A DNA stretch of 64,000 bases from Narcine bancroftii (taxonomy: Eukaryota), in assembly GCF_036971445.1 (NCBI RefSeq), contig NC_091479.1:80786001-80850000 (forward strand). Direction: 5' to 3'. Numbering within the stretch: the first letter of the stretch is position 1; each line of letters starts with the position of its first letter. The position numbers were made by a program, and so were the translations under genes. The notes beneath the pieces were generated by a model. The model was given only the letters and a program-made list of their open reading frames with translations. It had not been told where the DNA came from and did no database searches. Of the stretch, positions 40,301 through 55,300 are shown in pieces.

Positions 40301-43300
40301 AAAATAACATAACATTTACATAATAATTATGATCTTTTTGTTAAGATGTGGACACCTTATATGAAGAATATGAATTTAATAATATTGTAAATTACTGAAT
40401 GTTTTTGTTTATTTTTAATGCTTCCCTTTAGGGATCTGTTGTGGGAGGGGGAGGGGATGGGTTTGTTTTATTATTAGACTACTTATTCTGTAAAAGTCTG
40501 TTTATTTTTATTGAAAAAATACTAAATAAAGTTAAAATAAGAAAGCATCTCAGCTCAAAAACTGAAAGGAATTGTGAGAGAAGTGTTAAATTCCCAACTT
40601 TGCCCAGATGAGAAACCACTACTAAACTTTGGTCAAGTATGCAGGGAGAAACATTGAGGAACTGGATTATATCCATAGGCTTTTGCCCCAAAAACAGATT
40701 AAAAATAAATACAGTATAATTCCACATTTAAAAAGGTTAACCAAGGAATGCTATTCAATTTGAAATTCAAAATTACAGATTCAAGTTCTCTTTGTGATTT
40801 AGATGTAGCTCTTGAAGGAGATGTTATTAGCACTCCTGCAAAATGATATTGGAAAGATAGAAGGCATTTTTGAAATGCTATGATCTTACAGGATTTTTAG
40901 GGCAGTGATGGTGAGGAAATATGGAATAAACTTGGTCATTTAATAATTTGAAACTATTTCAAAAAAAAAAGCAAAGTCCTCTGAAGGTGATCTTTATTCT
41001 ATGAATATTAATGGTTTCTGAATTCCTGAGTTAGGGTTCTTTTAAGTTCATTAAACTTAATTCAGAGTATTTACAATGCATTCAGATTGGGTTATGCGTA
41101 CTTTTTGGGTAATACTGCTCTTGCATTTGTTGCAATAACCTGCAATCCTATTACATCCCTGCTGATGGCAGCATAGGTCTATGAGATGGTTCAGACACAG
41201 CTTATAAGGAACAATCATGTTATTTGCTGGCTGTCTTGATCCCAGTCTCACAGGAGAGAAAATTGATCAATTTTAGACTAGATTAAGGAGAGATCTTACA
41301 AACCTGGTGGTTGATTACTGGTAGCCTGAACTGGAGGTGGTGGGGGTGGTGGGGGCGGAGGTGGAGCATTCATTTGCGTCCACAGATTAGGTGGAGGAAG
41401 TGCTACTGAAGGCAGTGAGAGATTAGTATTCTGTTGATCTGAAATAAGAAAACAACATTTGTGAACTTTCATTAACCTGAAGAATAGGCATAAAACAGAA
41501 AATGCTAGAGGCACTCAAAGTCAGGGAACAGTTATGCAGAGTTCTTGATTGAGCTCAATGATTTTTCAAACAAGAAACGGGAGAAGACGAGCACGCTTTA
41601 AGTTGGGGGATGTGGAAATGGGGGGGTGGGGGGGGAAGTGTAAAAAGAGACCATCTGTGATGGAGACCACACTATCCAGGAAACATAAATGCTATTTGTA
41701 CCACCTGAAAGTGACGAATGTTTAAATCATAGCAGATCAGTTTATTGGAAGTGTAAGTGAGCCAAAAAAAATGCTACAACTGTGAGAAGCAAAACAGCTA
41801 TTGCACAAATTCTCAGATAAAAGAAAATGCAGGAAACATTCAGCAAACCATGTTGCATTGGTGCAGATAGGAAAAACTGGATTAATGTTACAGGTGGAAA
41901 ATCTGGCCAGTTCTCTCACGAACAGGAGAGATGATTCATCTGAAACTGTTCAATTCATTATCGAGTCCTAATAGCTAGAACACTTTGAGGTAGAAATGGA
42001 ATGCTGTTTCTCAAGCATACAAGGATAATAAGAAGAGGGGTCAAAAAGTGATACAGGCAGGCATGAGAATGATTGAACTCAGCAGTTCAAAGCAGTCACC
42101 CAACCTATGTTTAGTTCTCCAATGGAGAACAGACCACTGAATGCAGTGCACTAAGCAGGAAAAAGTGCAAGTGAACTCCTACCATACACAGATGGGCTGC
42201 TTGGGTCCCTGGATGGTGTGAAAGGCAGAATGGGTAGATGTTGCAATGCTTTTGTATGAATGGAAAAGTGTTATGGCTTTGGGGACCAGACTGGTTGGTG
42301 AAGGTAGGAGAGTGAAACAGAAGGATCAAAGAACATATCACCATATACAGCACAGAACAGGCCAGTTTGGCCCTACTAGTCCATGCCGGAACAAATCCCC
42401 ACCCTCCTAGTCCCACTGACCAGCACCTGGTCCATACCCCTCCAATCCTCTCCCCTCCATGTAATTATCCAGTCTTTCCTTCAATGTAAATAACGTCCTT
42501 GGTTCAACTCATTGCAAGGGAAAAGCGGTGTCTCATAGAGGAAGCTCTTTGAAGGATAATCCATTGAGTGAGGAGTTTGAGACAGAAGGTGAGGAAATAG
42601 GAATCCCCTCCTTGCCCTTGCTGGAGAGCACGAATGTGGAAAATTGAAAAGAAACAATTCACAATGTAAAGGGAAAGCCATGGTTCGGGGGAAAAAATGT
42701 ACCAGAGACATTTTTGTGGAAAGTCACATCTTCAGAACAGATACAGAGGCACATAAACTGGTAAAATAGAGCAAAGTCCTCATTTTGAAAAGGATATTGA
42801 TCACCAAACTATAAGATCAAAACAGAGAAATCAAGGAGAAGAGTCAATCATGAATGACACTGATAAAAATGTTCTGTAGGCAGAGAGGACAATTGATTCC
42901 TTTATACACCTTCCCAAGAAATAAATGGCATAGTGGGGGGTGGGGTTAAGATGATGCAAAGGCTGGTCACTTGGTCTACTATTAGAAGGTTGTCAAAATA
43001 TTTCAGAAACATAAAACAGACAGGTTAATCAACGCTGAATATTTTGAAAACGTACTCTGCTCAGGTGCTCCTGATGGGTGAAAGTAATATCCACAGCATC
43101 AACTGTAGACTGTGTTACCTGGGCCATTTGTGTAAACAGGTTCCGTATTGAAACTAGGCAGTTCAGGCATATTGCTTCCTGGTGCCGAGGGTGCAATACC
43201 CGGACCTAGATCAGCACTATACATGAGGTCATCTGCGATGCCAGGCAAGTCCGGCAAGTAGGATGGTACATCTATCTCTGGGACCTGACCCAGGTCTGGG

Positions 43301-46300
43301 ACATAGAAATAATTCTCAGTAGTCTGAAACAAAAAGAAAATGCCATATTCAGAAACCCAAGAGAAACAGCCAAAAAATATCTTGCAGCAATTTTGGAGTT
43401 GGTGCGCTAATAATAAACTGCATCATCTTAGCATTTACTTTTATTCACAAACCAGAAAACTATTTACAAATTCAACATTCTATTAGCATTTCCTTTCAAG
43501 TTTGCCAAATCCTATATTAAGCTCATAAAACTAAAGAGAAGCTTGTTCCAGATTCAAACTCAAAAGCTTAGATTTTGGTATTTTCTCCCTTTACGCCAAG
43601 CAAGGAGGTCCTTGATGAACACATTACAAGTAGAAGGAAGTAAATCTTATACTCAGCCAGCATCAACCTGATAGAATTAAAGCAAACCTCTGCATCAGTC
43701 CAAGATATTGTAATGATAATGATTTGCAGCAGTGAACATGCACAAATGGCAATTTAATTGTGCACAGAACTGTATTCCTATGCGCACAGACTGTAAAATT
43801 AACTCGTTCATTCGTTTTTGTTCAGCTAATGATGCAGTGTTGCTTTCATGAACTACAAATGATTCCAAGTACATATTGCTTGTTCTGGCCTCATTCAATG
43901 AGGTCGCTTCCAGAAGATGACAAGTGATAAATATTGATTTTGCATGAAACAAAGTTGTGTCCATTAACTCACTGGACTCCAGCCACTTTTAACCTTTCAT
44001 AATATATATTGTGGACTGGTCCGTGGGTGAACCTTTATAATACAAACACTAGTTCAAACCAGTTGGGTATAAAATAGTCCCAGAAAACCAGAACCAGGAG
44101 ATATGCACTTGATGGTAGCTCAGCAAAAATGGGGACACAGAGTATATATGCTTGTTGGAACACGGTTAAAGTATAAAGTTAAGATTTAGTGTCAGAGTAC
44201 AGAGTACATCATTATTTTTCCTGCAGGCCAGGCAGAATTTCTACTCATAAGAAGTGCAAACTGTACTCAAGAAGATACAAAGACAAGAGAACTGTAAGCA
44301 AACTGACTGTGCAATACAAAAGAAAAAAACAAATATTCAGTAATAAGTATTGTGCAAAGTAAAAGTCCTTGAATGAATCCGATTGAGTTTGTCGTTGAGG
44401 AGTCTGATGCTGGAGGGGTAGCAACTGTTCCTGAACCTAATGGTAGAAGTCTTGTGGCATCTATACCTCTTTCCTGATGGCAGCAGTAAGTCCTGGGTGG
44501 TATCGATCCCTGATGATTTCTTCTGCTCTCCGACGGCAGCATCCCATATAGATTTCTTAGTGGTGGGAAGAGTACTGTAATGTACTGGGCTCTGTCCACT
44601 ACTTTTTGCAGGGCTTCAATCAGGTATTTGTGTTCCTTACCAGGCCATGATGCAGCTGGTCAGCACACTTTGCACTACACATGAATGTATTACTTGATCA
44701 AAATGTACCCTGCATTATATACAGTATTTTTGTGGTGCAGCAAGTTATGTAGCTGGATAGACTGAGTCATGAGCTTCTTCAATGTCAAGTGATCAGATTC
44801 TCCAATATTTACCTGTCTTTCAAGTTGTTCCCTCTTGGTGATAGAGAGCGGTGCATCAAATGGCTTTTCCTCTTTCTCAGATTCTAATGCAGTATGAGTT
44901 TTTGTCACAGCACCAGATAATGGATCCAACAGAACATATTTCTTGTAGCTGCCAGAAGGAGGAGAAGAACATGACATAGTTCAATATTTTAGACTTGGCT
45001 TTCAGTAAGGACAGAACAAAAATTGCAAGCTGCATGTCAATGAAATACATTTTATATATTCTTGATAAATTTCCATTATAATCTTCAAAATTCCTAATTA
45101 CTCCATCCCAAACTTCCTAATTAGAACTTAGCCATAAAAGTTTAATGTGTGTTGGAACCAGTCCAGAATTTCTATCATTAGGGGATGTCACAGTGAAATG
45201 TACAAACTAGTTCTAGTTCCCACAGACTCATAAGGATAGTTTATGTTTATTAAAAATGCATTTGACACCCACATTAAGATCCTAAATGCAAAGGTTGAAA
45301 TAACTTCTAAATAATTCCATCATCTGCAGTCCTTTGTCTTCACTCATCACCTCCCAATCTCTGTTGCTATCTCCACCCTTCTCTTTCCCCACCCATCCAT
45401 TAAGCCCTCCTCACCTGGGTCACTTGTTACCTCCTGCCTCACATCTTAATGCTGGTTTTTTCCCCCCCATTACACTCTCTGTCCTGATGCAAGGTCTCAA
45501 CCCAAAGTCTTTCCTTCCACAGATGCTGCCTGACCTGTTCCTGTTTTTTTCTCCCCTCTGGTTCCAGTAACAGCAGTCTCTTCTGTCTCTAAATAATTTG
45601 TATCTCCTTCAGGTGGCACAGCAATAGTTCTGTTGGGATAACTATTTCTGTTAGAATTAAAACCTATGAATATATTTCACACTATACTCATTTGGCTCAG
45701 GAATGGACATTTATATAATTTGCTTTTTGAAAGGATGAGTAGATATGAAGATTGAGATTGAGAGAAAATTCCTTTACATGAACTTCAACAAGATTAAAAT
45801 GGCTTTGCAAAGTAATGACAAGTCCTTTAGTAAAAATAACAACTTTCATCCAAAATGTGTAGCTTCCAAGTTTATATTTATGAAAATCCATTCTGGGCTG
45901 TCTACACATAAGCAAAAGTTTAAGACTAGTGCTTTATTCACGTTTTTCAATTTATTCCTCTTTGCTCCAGTTCACAACAGCTAAGACTTCTTTGAAACAT
46001 TTGAGATACTGTCATACATAGAATCAACAATAAACAGTTGTAGTAAAACAACAGATCTGCTGCAGGAACTCAGGAGGTCTTGTAGGTAAAGATATACTGT
46101 ATAGCCAATGTTTTGGGCCTGATCCCTTCCTTATGGTACGAGCAAAAAGCAGGCAGGAACCTGAAGAAAAAGGCTGAGCCAAAATGCAAAAGGAAGGGTG
46201 TGGTTCTGTGAATCTAGGGCTGGAGGAAGAGACACAGGGGTGCGTAAACATTCACTCCGTAAACAGTAGTCGGGTTTTTTTAAAACATGATGCTGCCTGT

Positions 46301-49300
46301 AATTCTGCAAAAGTATTCCCAAGATATCAATATTTAATAGTGTAACTTTCATTTTGCACAATGGACCATCTTCCTTTATATTTTACATGTATCCTAGATA
46401 CACGGAATTGCTCTCTTAATAGGATCAATGGTACCTACGGGTTCTCAGTTGTGTTGAACAGCAGAAGAGAACTGATGGAGCTGATATTTCGAGGAAGACT
46501 CCCCAATCCTTCTTCCGTTTCATTGTCCTCCCGTGACTTAGTGTTTAAACACACAGGATAAAGCTTTGCTTTCTCCTAAAATAAGTTAAGGAAAATATCT
46601 AAATTAGTTTAGACAGCAAGTCTTCACCAGGGCTAGAAGCACCTGCCCTGCTAATATGGCTACAGGGTTTTCACTGGACTGTTGGAATTGATCTCCAATT
46701 TCAGGGGAAGATTTGGACAGAAAGATTGGTCTCTTTTTGTAGTCAAAACTTGGCAGATTGAATTATAGTCAGGGAATTTACCTTCATCTCACATGCCCTT
46801 TTAACTTGGAGGAAACTCTCTCTTCAGCATTCAGATACAGCAATTTCAGATGATTCTTCACAATCTTATCTCTGACAAACGTTTCATTACCATCTGCACT
46901 GAAATTAGACTCCAGAGAAAGGGTACAAATTCAGAGCAGGAGAGTGAACAGAGTCCTCCTCCCATACAAGATCATGACTGGTTTGACTGTAATGTCTGCA
47001 TTCCCAACTACTTACAGTACCACCCCTTTATCAGAAATCTATCCTATATTCCTAAAAATGGTAGATTCTTCCAAAACTGTTTAAGAGGTCCTAAAGACAC
47101 CCAACCTTCTAAGAAAAAAAATTGCCTTACAGTCTTAAATGGGTAACCCCTTATTCTTAAACAGTGACCCAAAGTTCTGGAATCTTTCATAAAACAAATA
47201 TCTTCTCCATGAATGTCTCAGCAATATCTCTCAGAATCTTATGCATCAATCAAATAACCTTTCAGATTCAGATTCATTGTCAGAGTTACTCACATGGACA
47301 TCACATACATCTCTGAGATTCTTTTTCCTGCGGGTGAGGCAGAACAAATAAAGAAATGTCTGCCTTCTTCCTCAAACATGGCTTCCTCTCCACCACTATC
47401 AATTCAGCCCTTATTCACATCTCCTCCATTTCCTGCTCATCTGCCCTGGCCTCCTCTGCCCCCAGATGCAACAATTATAGAATCTCCCTCATCCTCACCT
47501 ACCACCCCACCAGCCTCCACATCCAACACATCTACAACAGAATCCCACTACCGGACACATTTTTCTTTCTCCTCTCCTCTCGGCCCTTCATAGGGACTGT
47601 TCCCTCTGCGATTTCTTTGTGCACTCTACCCTCTATGCCCATTGCACCCCTAGCATCTTCCCCTGTGCCTACAAGAGGTGCAGCACTTGCACCCACACCT
47701 CCTCCCACACCACAGTCCAAGGCCCCAAACAGGCCTTTCAAGTGAAGCAACACTTGTACATCCAGAGGACCTATTTATTGCATCCAGTGCTCCCTCTGTT
47801 GCATTCTCGACATCAGAGAGACTGGTCACAAATTGGGAGATCGCTTCACTCAGCACCTCCTCTCCGTTCGCAACCACAGCAACCTCCCAGTGGCCAACAG
47901 TTTCAATTCCAAGTTACACTCTCACGCTCACATGTCTGTCTATGGCTTTTTTTCCATCTGGGCACTCTCCAGCTAGATGGCATGAACATTGACTTTACTG
48001 GTTTCCACTAAACCTGCTCATCTTTTCTTTCCCCTCCCCCCTTTTTTGTCTCTCTAGTTCTTCCATCCACCCAGCCATCCCTCCTCCCCCTCTTTGCTGC
48101 TGTCCCTTCCTGCCTTTCTCCACCTATCATCTCCTGCCTTTGCCTTTCCCCCCATTCTTTTGTTTAGAAGCCTGCCAGCATTTTCTCATACAGTATTTTG
48201 AAGGGCTCAAGCCCGAATTGTCAGTTCTGTATCTTTACCTTTGCTAGATAAAGGACACTATTTGACCTGCTGAGCTTCTCCAGCATTGTGTTTTTACAAG
48301 AAATGTGACTGTGCAATGCAGAGGGGGGTAAAAAAAATCAATAAAGTGGAAAAGTAAGGGTCCATAAGTAAGTCCCTGATTGAGTTTGTTGTTGAGGAGT
48401 CTGAAGGTGGAGGGATAGCAGCTGTTCATGAACCTGGTGGTGTGAGTCTTGTGGCACCTACACTTCCTTCCTGATGGTAGCAGAGAGGTCAGAGCATGTG
48501 CTGGATGTTGTGGATCCTTGATGATTGCTGCTGCTCTCCCACGGCCTTTTTCCCGGTAGATGTTCTCAATGGTGGGGAGGGTTTCACTGTTCAAACTCTA
48601 ACAAACAAGCCAGGCTTTTGCAATCTGCTGATTTCAGGAATCAGTCTAATAAACATTCCCTGAACTATTTCCAATGCATTAAAATCCTCATCAAACTTGA
48701 GACAATGGCAGAGCTGTCATTAGTGCAGACCCAGGTGTGATGGGCCAGAGGACCCAAAAGCCCAGCAGCAATAGAAATTCACAAAGACAAATGGTTACTT
48801 AAACAAAAGTTACTTTTAATTTTCTTTAAACATAAAAACAGGATCAAACTTTAACTTATTACTATTAATTTAACCCCCTCCGAATTCTAAGCGCACGTAT
48901 ATGTAATGTGTGCATAAGTTCAGAAAAGTTATTTGATTCACAATCCAATCTCATTTCTCACTCCTCCAAGTTCACTGGTATCAGGAAATTCTTATACTGT
49001 GCACAGAATTTAAAATTTATGAATCTTCACCAGGTTTTGGTGCTTGAAAGGCAAATGGGGTTACTGCTCAGGAAGGTTCTTGTCAGTTTTCAGAGAGAGA
49101 TTTGTTGCTCATTGGACACACACAACTGATTCCTTCCTTGCCACTTCAGTGTCTTGCCGAAGAAACTTGCCTTGTCAGGGTTTTCCAGATGATGACCTCT
49201 TTCTTTCAGGTCACCACAGAATTCCTTTTCTGTTTCCCTTATCTCAGGTGAAATATTATGCAGCCAGCCATCTCCTCTTGTATGGATCACAAGGGCTTTG

Positions 49301-52300
49301 AACAGGCTGAACTCAGAACTCACAACCTATCTTCAAAATGGGGTTTTCAAACAAGCTTCCAAAAGCCACTGCAGAAAACCAGCAGTTTCTCTCTCTCTCT
49401 CTGTTTCACACTTAAGAGAAAAAAAACTGTTTGACTCTCTCTGCTTGCAAATTCACATGACCCTCCTAGAACAGCAAACTGCATTTAGACAGACTGTGGC
49501 ACTGAATCTGATCTTCTGAGTCTGTTCATCTGTTGCTTTCCAAAACAATAATCCATTGCTGCACAACATGTCCAATTAACACCAACTTGTGAAATCCTTC
49601 AGCAAAGCAGTTTCCATTGTCTTTACAAAGGCACTGGGAGCCTGAACTGTCTGGCTTGAGCAGAGCTCTGGCATTTTAAATGAGATCTGTGTTGTGAAGT
49701 GTTTGCATTTGTTTGTGACCTACACTAAAAACCCACAATTTATCTTCCAAAACATATCTATATACAATATAAAATATATAATCCATCACACAGGATAGTG
49801 GGGAAAGGAGACACAGTGCTCCACTGCAGAGTCCAACTGCCCGATCGTGATGCCAACAGTTCCATACAAACTTTAAAATGGTACGTCACTGAAACATCCT
49901 GTAATTACAGAGGTCTGTGCTAAAGATAGCGGTACCTATGCTGGGTAGCATAGGGAGCAGTGGACTGGCACCAGAATCAGGGGAACACTCCCTGTTGAAA
50001 AGCCTGGGAAACAACTCTATAAGAAGGTAACAACAGCAGCAGACTAGTGAGGGGCTCAGCGGTTGAAGGACCTATGTAGGCTGCAGGTAACTTGTGGTCA
50101 AAGGACTATCACCAGGCTGTGGGCTGCTGGAGACTGGTTCACAGGAACCACGTATTGGAACAGGGTTTTGAGTGGGTGCTTGGGGGAAGAAGGGCTTGGG
50201 TGCTGAAAGCATCCTGATCATATTGAGTTTTGGATCTGAAGCTTGGGTTGCCAATGGATTGAACAGGAGTCTGTGAGGCTGCGTGAGCACCGGAGGCAAA
50301 TCCACAGACACTCCGTGCTTCTGAAGGAATCCTTTTTGCTTCTTTTTCTCTGGTCTTATTATTGAGGGTGCTGGGTAATACTCATGGCAACTCCTTTCTT
50401 GCCTTTATGGCAGGCAAAAGTTTCAGTATATCATGCATACTACATTTTTTGAATTATGACTATAAATTGAACCTTTGAACAACTACAGGTCCATTGCCTT
50501 AAGGCTGGCAGATTATGACAGATGGGTACCAATGAGTTCAATACTTGATCTTTAGCTATTCACAATAGATAGGAACAATTTGATTGAGGGGACCAAATAT
50601 GATTTCCAAATTCTAATCTGGATAGGTTTGAGGGAATGGAAGAGGATGCAAAGTCTCTTCACGGGGATATGAGCAAGAATATAGCAGATAGAATTTCATG
50701 TGAGAAAATGTGTGGTCATTCACTTTCATGAACACAAGTGGAAAACGATGATTTATTAAGAGGTGGGAGATTGAGTAGTGTTGAGATTCAAAGGGAACTG
50801 GGGATATTTGCATGTTATTTTCTGAATGTGATTATCCCATTGTAGCCATTGATTAGGTCAACTGTTAGCCTTCATTATAATAACAGGAGACAAGGTTGTC
50901 CACTGTAATTGAGAGAATGTTTCCAAATTATTTTGTGCAGATTTTGGCTTTGTACCCAAGAGAGGATGTGCTTGCCAGAGGGGGAGCTCAGCAAAGATTC
51001 AATGGATTGGTTTGCTATCCACAGCATAGTTGAATAAACTGGGACTGTATTCTCTTAAGTTTAGAAGAGAATTATCCATTGAAACGTACACAATCCTTAA
51101 AGGATTTGACAGGCTAGAATACAGAAAGATTGTTTATCCTAAGGAATCTAGTCATGGGCATAAACTGCTGGAGAATCTCAGCAGTCATAGGGCATCCATA
51201 GGATACAAAAGTATATAACCAATATTTCAGGACTGAGTCTTTCATTAAGTTATGAGCAAAAGGTAGGCAGGCATCTGAATAAAAAGGTGCAGGGGAGGAG
51301 CATAGACCACTGGGATATAGGCGAGAGGGCAGAAAAGAAAAAAGCTGAGAAGTGACGTGGAGGGAAGAATTGTTTAATTGAAAAAGAAAGGGAGTGGGGA
51401 GCTAAGGAAAGGAGACAGAGGGAAAGAAAGAGTCAGAGGAAGGCCCTAATGGAGACCAGAGAAGATGTTATCTTCTGCAATTTCCACCACCTACAACATG
51501 ATTCCCACCAGCAGAGAGACATCAGCCACTACCCTCTACCTTCCAACAAACCAATTTTAAAAACAGTTTGACAACAGACCTTGGATCTCACGTGCCCTCA
51601 CTTTCTGGACCACCTTACCATGAAGGACTTTGTCAAAAGTCTTGCTAAGGTCTATGTAAACTAGGTCTGTTTAATTGGAAACAGTTGTCTTCAAGATTCC
51701 TAGCTACCTTCTCAAGAAAAATGTCCAATTTGTGAGACAGGATTTCCTCTGCGCAAAGCCACATTCACTCCTCATCAGTTCTTGCCTTTCCAAGTGTACA
51801 CAAATTCTGTCCCTTTGAAAGCTTTTTCCTCTATATTGCCACAATTGTTACATAGCTCACTAGCCTGTAGTTTTCTGGTTTATCCATACTTCCCTTTGAA
51901 TAAGTGAACAACATGGCTATTTTTCCATCTTCTGGTACCTCATCCATGACTAAGAAAGATGCAAAAACCTTTATTAGGGCTCTAGCAATCTACTCCCTTG
52001 CTTCCCATAGAATCTTGAGGATTTGTCCACCTTAATGAGTGCCAATATCCCTCACACTTCTTCCTGCAGACAATGACATATTCCAACATACCAGATGCCT
52101 ACCTGCCTTTTGCTCACAACTTCATGAAAGACTCAGTCCTGAAATATTGGTAAATATCTTTGTATCCTATGGATGCCCTAGCTCCCATACTCCACATCCT
52201 TCTCACTGAGAAATAATAGTTTAGGACCCTGCTCATGTCCCCTCACTCCATATAGATTTCTTATTCAGTCCTGAAGGGTAATTATTTTTCCTCAACTATT

Positions 52301-55300
52301 CTCTTGCTTCCACTGTTCTTAAAGTTTTGGGAAGACCATTGCATGTCCTCTTTTCCAGGAATAGGGTACACAGCTGAAGAATAAAAAATTTTAGGACTAA
52401 GACAAGAAAGTTTCCACAATCTGAGGTAGGCAGATTCTTTGGAATTTTATAGCCTGAACAGCTGAGGACTTGGTTATTGAGTTCATTTCAAACAGAGTTT
52501 GATAGATTTCTGAATGTTAGGGAATTTAAGGGACATGGTGATATTTCTGGAAAATGGTGTTGAGATAGATTTTCAGCATGATCTTGACAAATGGTAGAGC
52601 AGAGTTAGAGGGCCAACTTCTACTAGTATTTTGTAATCTAGTCTATTCTGGAAAATTAAAATCAGGACCCAACTATCTTACTAGCCACCTCTTAAGAAAC
52701 TCTGATACAGTTGACCAGAAACTAGACAGATAGCAACCTGTAACTCCAATAATTTGCAAAGTACTTCTGCCCAAATGACTTACTTTCCCAATTTCTCCCT
52801 TCTAGTTCTCGTTAGTTATTTCTGCAATGTTACTTGTATCCTGCATCATGAAGGCTGATGGAAAATACCTGTTTAATTCTCCTTTCTTCTTGTTTTCTAT
52901 CATTAAATTCCCAGAAGCACTTGCCACAAAACCAATGCTCTCTTTGTTCTTTTAATAGAAACTATCTGTTTTTAACCATTTCTGTCCCACTTTATCACAA
53001 ACTTGCTTTTTTCTCATTCCCTTAGGAGTGGGTAAAATTATTGGAACTTGTCTGTGCTGTAATATTCTATGGTTCACAAAAGATAAACTCAGCAACAATT
53101 TTATATATATATATTTAAATTCTAGTGATGCATTTATTGCATTTCCAAAAATGTACAACTTCAGAAGCAAAATGTAATGAAATCTATTCCTCACACTGCC
53201 TTTATACATCAGATGGCATAATAAAGGAATGACTTGCAATCTCTTCTGCTCAAGAATGGGTAAAATGTTAATTTTTTTCCAGAATAAGAGTATAGTTAAA
53301 TATAAATTAGGCTCCCTGAAGAATATCAATGAACCAGCTGAACTTTTACATCAAGCTGGTGTTGTATACTTACCTTCACAATGCTGACAAAATAAATTTA
53401 AAATAAAAAGCAGCTGTATTTGAACCCTGGTCTAAAAATTTGATTCTGAGAGGATGTTTTCTTTACACTCCGCTTCAGTCAAAAGCAAGTCTCCCAGTTT
53501 GCACAGCACATAATTGAAGACTAGTTTGTATGTTTCCAACTGTGAAACTCATGAATGTATAAAAAGCTGCATGTATACACCAGTGATGTCAGTCGACCTG
53601 TGGTGCCCTTTTGACATCGCTGTTGAAATGTTGCATGGCAAATACATGCCAAAGAACAAGATGGGCTCTCAAGAGAAAAAGAAGACTTCAGCACCAACAT
53701 TTTTAAATGCTTGGATGTCTCTTTATAGGTTATTTATTGTTTGGAAATTCTCTTTTAATGATGAATTAGATTTCTCACCATTTTTCAGGTCAGTCCTTTC
53801 GACTTCTCTGCTGAGCTGGAGAGAGATTTGAAGCCTCTATCCTCAAGGGTCCCCACCTCCCTCTTCACTCCGTTCCCATCAGGAAAAAGGTAAACGAGCC
53901 TGAGACGGGGACTCAGCGGCACAGGACAGCTTCTTCCCCTCTGACATCAGATTCCTGAACCACCAACACTGCCTGACTTTGACTTTTCCTTGCTATTTTT
54001 ATTTATTTTGTAAGGTGGTTTATATGAATGTTTGCACTATGATACTGCAGCAAAAAAAAACAACCCAAATTTTGTGACATTCATGATAATAAATTCTGAT
54101 TTTTGCTCTGGTCAAAAGGGGTGCTTGCACCCATATATGTCTAGTATTTGTCATCCCAAATAACCCATGGAATTTGCAGTGAAAGAGTTAATAAAATTGT
54201 ACTACACCTGTACTGCTTTAGTAAGACTTGAATGACAATCAAAATATTCACATCATTGGAATGTGACCATCTGCACCATCAAATTTGAGCCAGGTCTATG
54301 CAGAATAATCCACCAGACCCATTCTCCTGCCCCTTCAACACCTTGAGAACATTTAGGAACTAGCAGCACTGAAAAGATAATTCATTGCTCGATCTGTTTT
54401 CTGGTTCAATTTACTTTGCATTGTAAATGAACAATACACTGCTTAAAGAAATGAAAAGGTTCAATGCATTAACTAGAAATGTACAGCACAGTAATTTGAA
54501 GTCGAGTGAGATCATTACTTTAGATCATTCACATCAATTTTGAAGATGGAAAACACTTCAGCCTCATGTGCACAGTAATTCATATTTATGAATCACATTG
54601 TGGATCATGAAGATGGTTTCAAGCACAGAACTGGAGTAAACAGAATTGAAGCTTTGTATTTTATATGCTTTAAAATTAATTTAACTACAATGCATGACAA
54701 GTTGCCAGTAACCCAGCATATTTTGGGGCTTGGCAGCACAAGTTTCAATTGACGTCAAGAATGGTGTAACTCCCACAGATTGTCTGGAGCTGTTCTAAGA
54801 AGGTCAAGTGGTTTGGCAAGCAGAGAAGTCNNNNNNNNNNNNNNNNNNNNNNNNNNNNNNNNNNNNNNNNNNNNNNNNNNNNNNNNNNNNNNNNNNNNNN
54901 NNNNNNNNNNNNNNNNNNNNNNNNNNNNNNNNNNNNNNNNNNNNNNNNNNNNNNNNNNNNNNNNNNNNNNNNNNNNNNNNNNNNNNNNNNNNNCAGCTAA
55001 CAGCGGCAGCTGGGACTGGAATAGGACAAGCTGGCAAGGTTGTGGAAAACCCCATTTGGAAGATGGGTTGTGAATTCTTAATTCAGCCTGGTCAAAGCCC
55101 TTGTGGGTCATACAAAAGGACAGGAATTCACTTGGAATGAGGAAAACAGGGGGGGATCTCTGTGGTGACCTGGAGGAGGAAGATTGTCATCTGGAGAACC
55201 CTGATGGGGCGGGTTTCGTCGGCAGGACGCTGAGGTGGCTGATTAAAAAGGAATCAGTTGTCTCTCTCTGAAGACCGACGAGAGCCTTCCTGAGCAGTGG

